From the NCBI GenBank assembly GCA_002633005.1, contig NMRA01000505.1, forward strand, positions 93,615 to 157,097: DNA of 63,483 nucleotides, in the 5' to 3' direction. This document shows, in pieces, positions 61,931 through 63,483 of this stretch; position 1 is the stretch's first letter, and the number at the start of each line of letters is the position of its first letter. The notes beneath the pieces were generated by a model. That model did no database searches. It worked only from the letters and a program-made list of their open reading frames with translations, and was not told where the DNA came from. Position numbers and translations under genes: made by a program. The DNA comes from Phoronis australis (lineage: Eukaryota > Animalia > Phoronida).

Positions 61931-63483
61931 AGTGAATTTTTGGAAACTATAATAGTAAATCTGAACGATCAGAACTTCTTCATAGCGGTGATAACTCACT
62001 TGTTTAGTCATCAGTGTCAGTAAGATGTGATGCAAATCGCCAAGGTGTTGTTTAGATTATGCAGGAGCTCATGATTGGACGCAATCCGACGCACTTGCAT
62101 TCGAATAGTTCTAGCCAAAGTGACGTGTTCTCATTTAAATACACAGCAGTATCTCACGTAATCTGGCAAAGTTTTGATTTTAGCTAGGTCCTAACGTAGT
62201 TCCGAGCGTTTTGTACGCACGCCAAGTTCCCGACCATTCATCTCATTTGTCTTGGTTAAATGCATGTTTTTAATGACTTTCATTTCTGACACCAAAATGG
62301 AAGCACCCAACCAAAGGCAAGAGCGCAAAAAATCAACTTGTAATTATCGCAAGTCCAACATTTTGTCCACGTTCCACGACAACAAAAACTTAATTTTTTT
62401 GAGCTTTTGATTCGCCTAATGACTTTTTACAAGATGCGTTTTTGCTTCATTATTTTGGCAGCTGACCGAGTACCCCTGTTGCCCAATAGTAGAATCTTCC
62501 GATTGTTGAGCACGTTCAACAGCGGTTTGCTTCGAACTCAAAAAGAAATATACAATGTAAATAAAATTTTAAATGTATTCAATAAGATCTGCCAATCATT
62601 AGCATGTATTTGGTTGCATAACTAGGTTCAAGTTATTCAGTAAGACCTGTCAATCACTAGCATGTGCTTGGTTGCCTAAGTGTCCAGTGGGAAGCAAATC
62701 TTTACACAATCGAGTGCTTCCCTTAAAAATACACCGCTAATTAGCGGAGTCTTGTTTAATTTATCTTTATTCTCAAGACACTTGCCCTACAGAACACACG
62801 ACTACCTGTAGGAATACTTTAGGTAGTTTACGTAAACACCCAATCACACTCAGGATCACAACACCAGTGTATCGTGTGAACAGGCCGTCGAAGATCGGTA
62901 TTTCAATCCCCCGGCTTATATTTTAACTGATATGCTTGAAGTCCGACGTCAGTGTACACTCCATCAGGGTAAAATCGGTCCTCCGTGCAGTAAGCAACAG
63001 CTGTTTGAAAAACTTTCGACTTTGACTGCCCATGCTCGGCTTACCGAACACGCACTGTTTTTTAGATTCCCAATTTAAGCGCCCTAGGTGGTAACGAGGA
63101 CGAGTACGGAAAGTCAAATTTCAATCATTTGCTCGTCAACACATTCTGACACTTGATCGTCACTTTATAATTTACGTATACGACTCATGTGTAGTAGCAG
63201 GAAGAGATAACCAGGAAGGGACAACTGTTTTAGCGCATTTTAACGTGATTTCAAACGTGATTTCAAAAGTAAATGTTCAAGTTATCTGGAATCCAAGCAT
63301 TATTTTTGAAAGATTAACTCTTTAGATATAAAATGACACCACTTTGGTCCTCAAAGACTGCATATTACTGGCACTGGGATGCTTTGAACGTGACATGTTT
63401 ACCCTTCCAAAAGATGCTTCTTCCCAGGCATGTACTCGGGCATGAGCCTCTTTTTTGAACCAACAGATGTCACTAACATATGC

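Overview
AT-rich, intron-containing animal DNA, most consistent with a marine invertebrate (lophotrochozoan-like repeat content; taxon not determinable from this window). Five protein-coding loci were reconstructed by hand from GT-AG splice sites with continuous reading frames: (1) the last two exons of an SLC16/MCT transporter (+, 3758-5413); (2) a complete 9-exon, 325-aa secreted, acatalytic carbonic anhydrase-related protein, CA10/CA11 type (+, 13819-27545); (3,4) two tandem 3-exon TRPC-family channels of 799 aa and 792 aa (-, 30606-33628 and 38567-44275); (5) the last three exons of glucosamine-6-phosphate deaminase (-, 57626-61656). The rest is repeat-rich: a decayed L1/Tx1 LINE, two decayed HIRAN-like cassettes, a Helentron-type HINE carrying six co-oriented CTCF-like motifs, tRNA-derived SINE-like copies, MITEs with 5- and 6-bp TSDs, two abutting Kolobok-like elements (47452-55631) enclosing THAP and PHD-finger ORFs, a P/Galileo-like element with a 7-bp TSD, and many minisatellites. 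The best candidate for something new is the intron-poor TRPC pair. Both copies naturally carry Ser at the S4-S5 linker Gly whose G-to-S mutation makes TRPC4/5 constitutively open, and both lack the conserved selectivity-filter Gly. No searches or alignments were run; all family calls come from motif recognition by eye.
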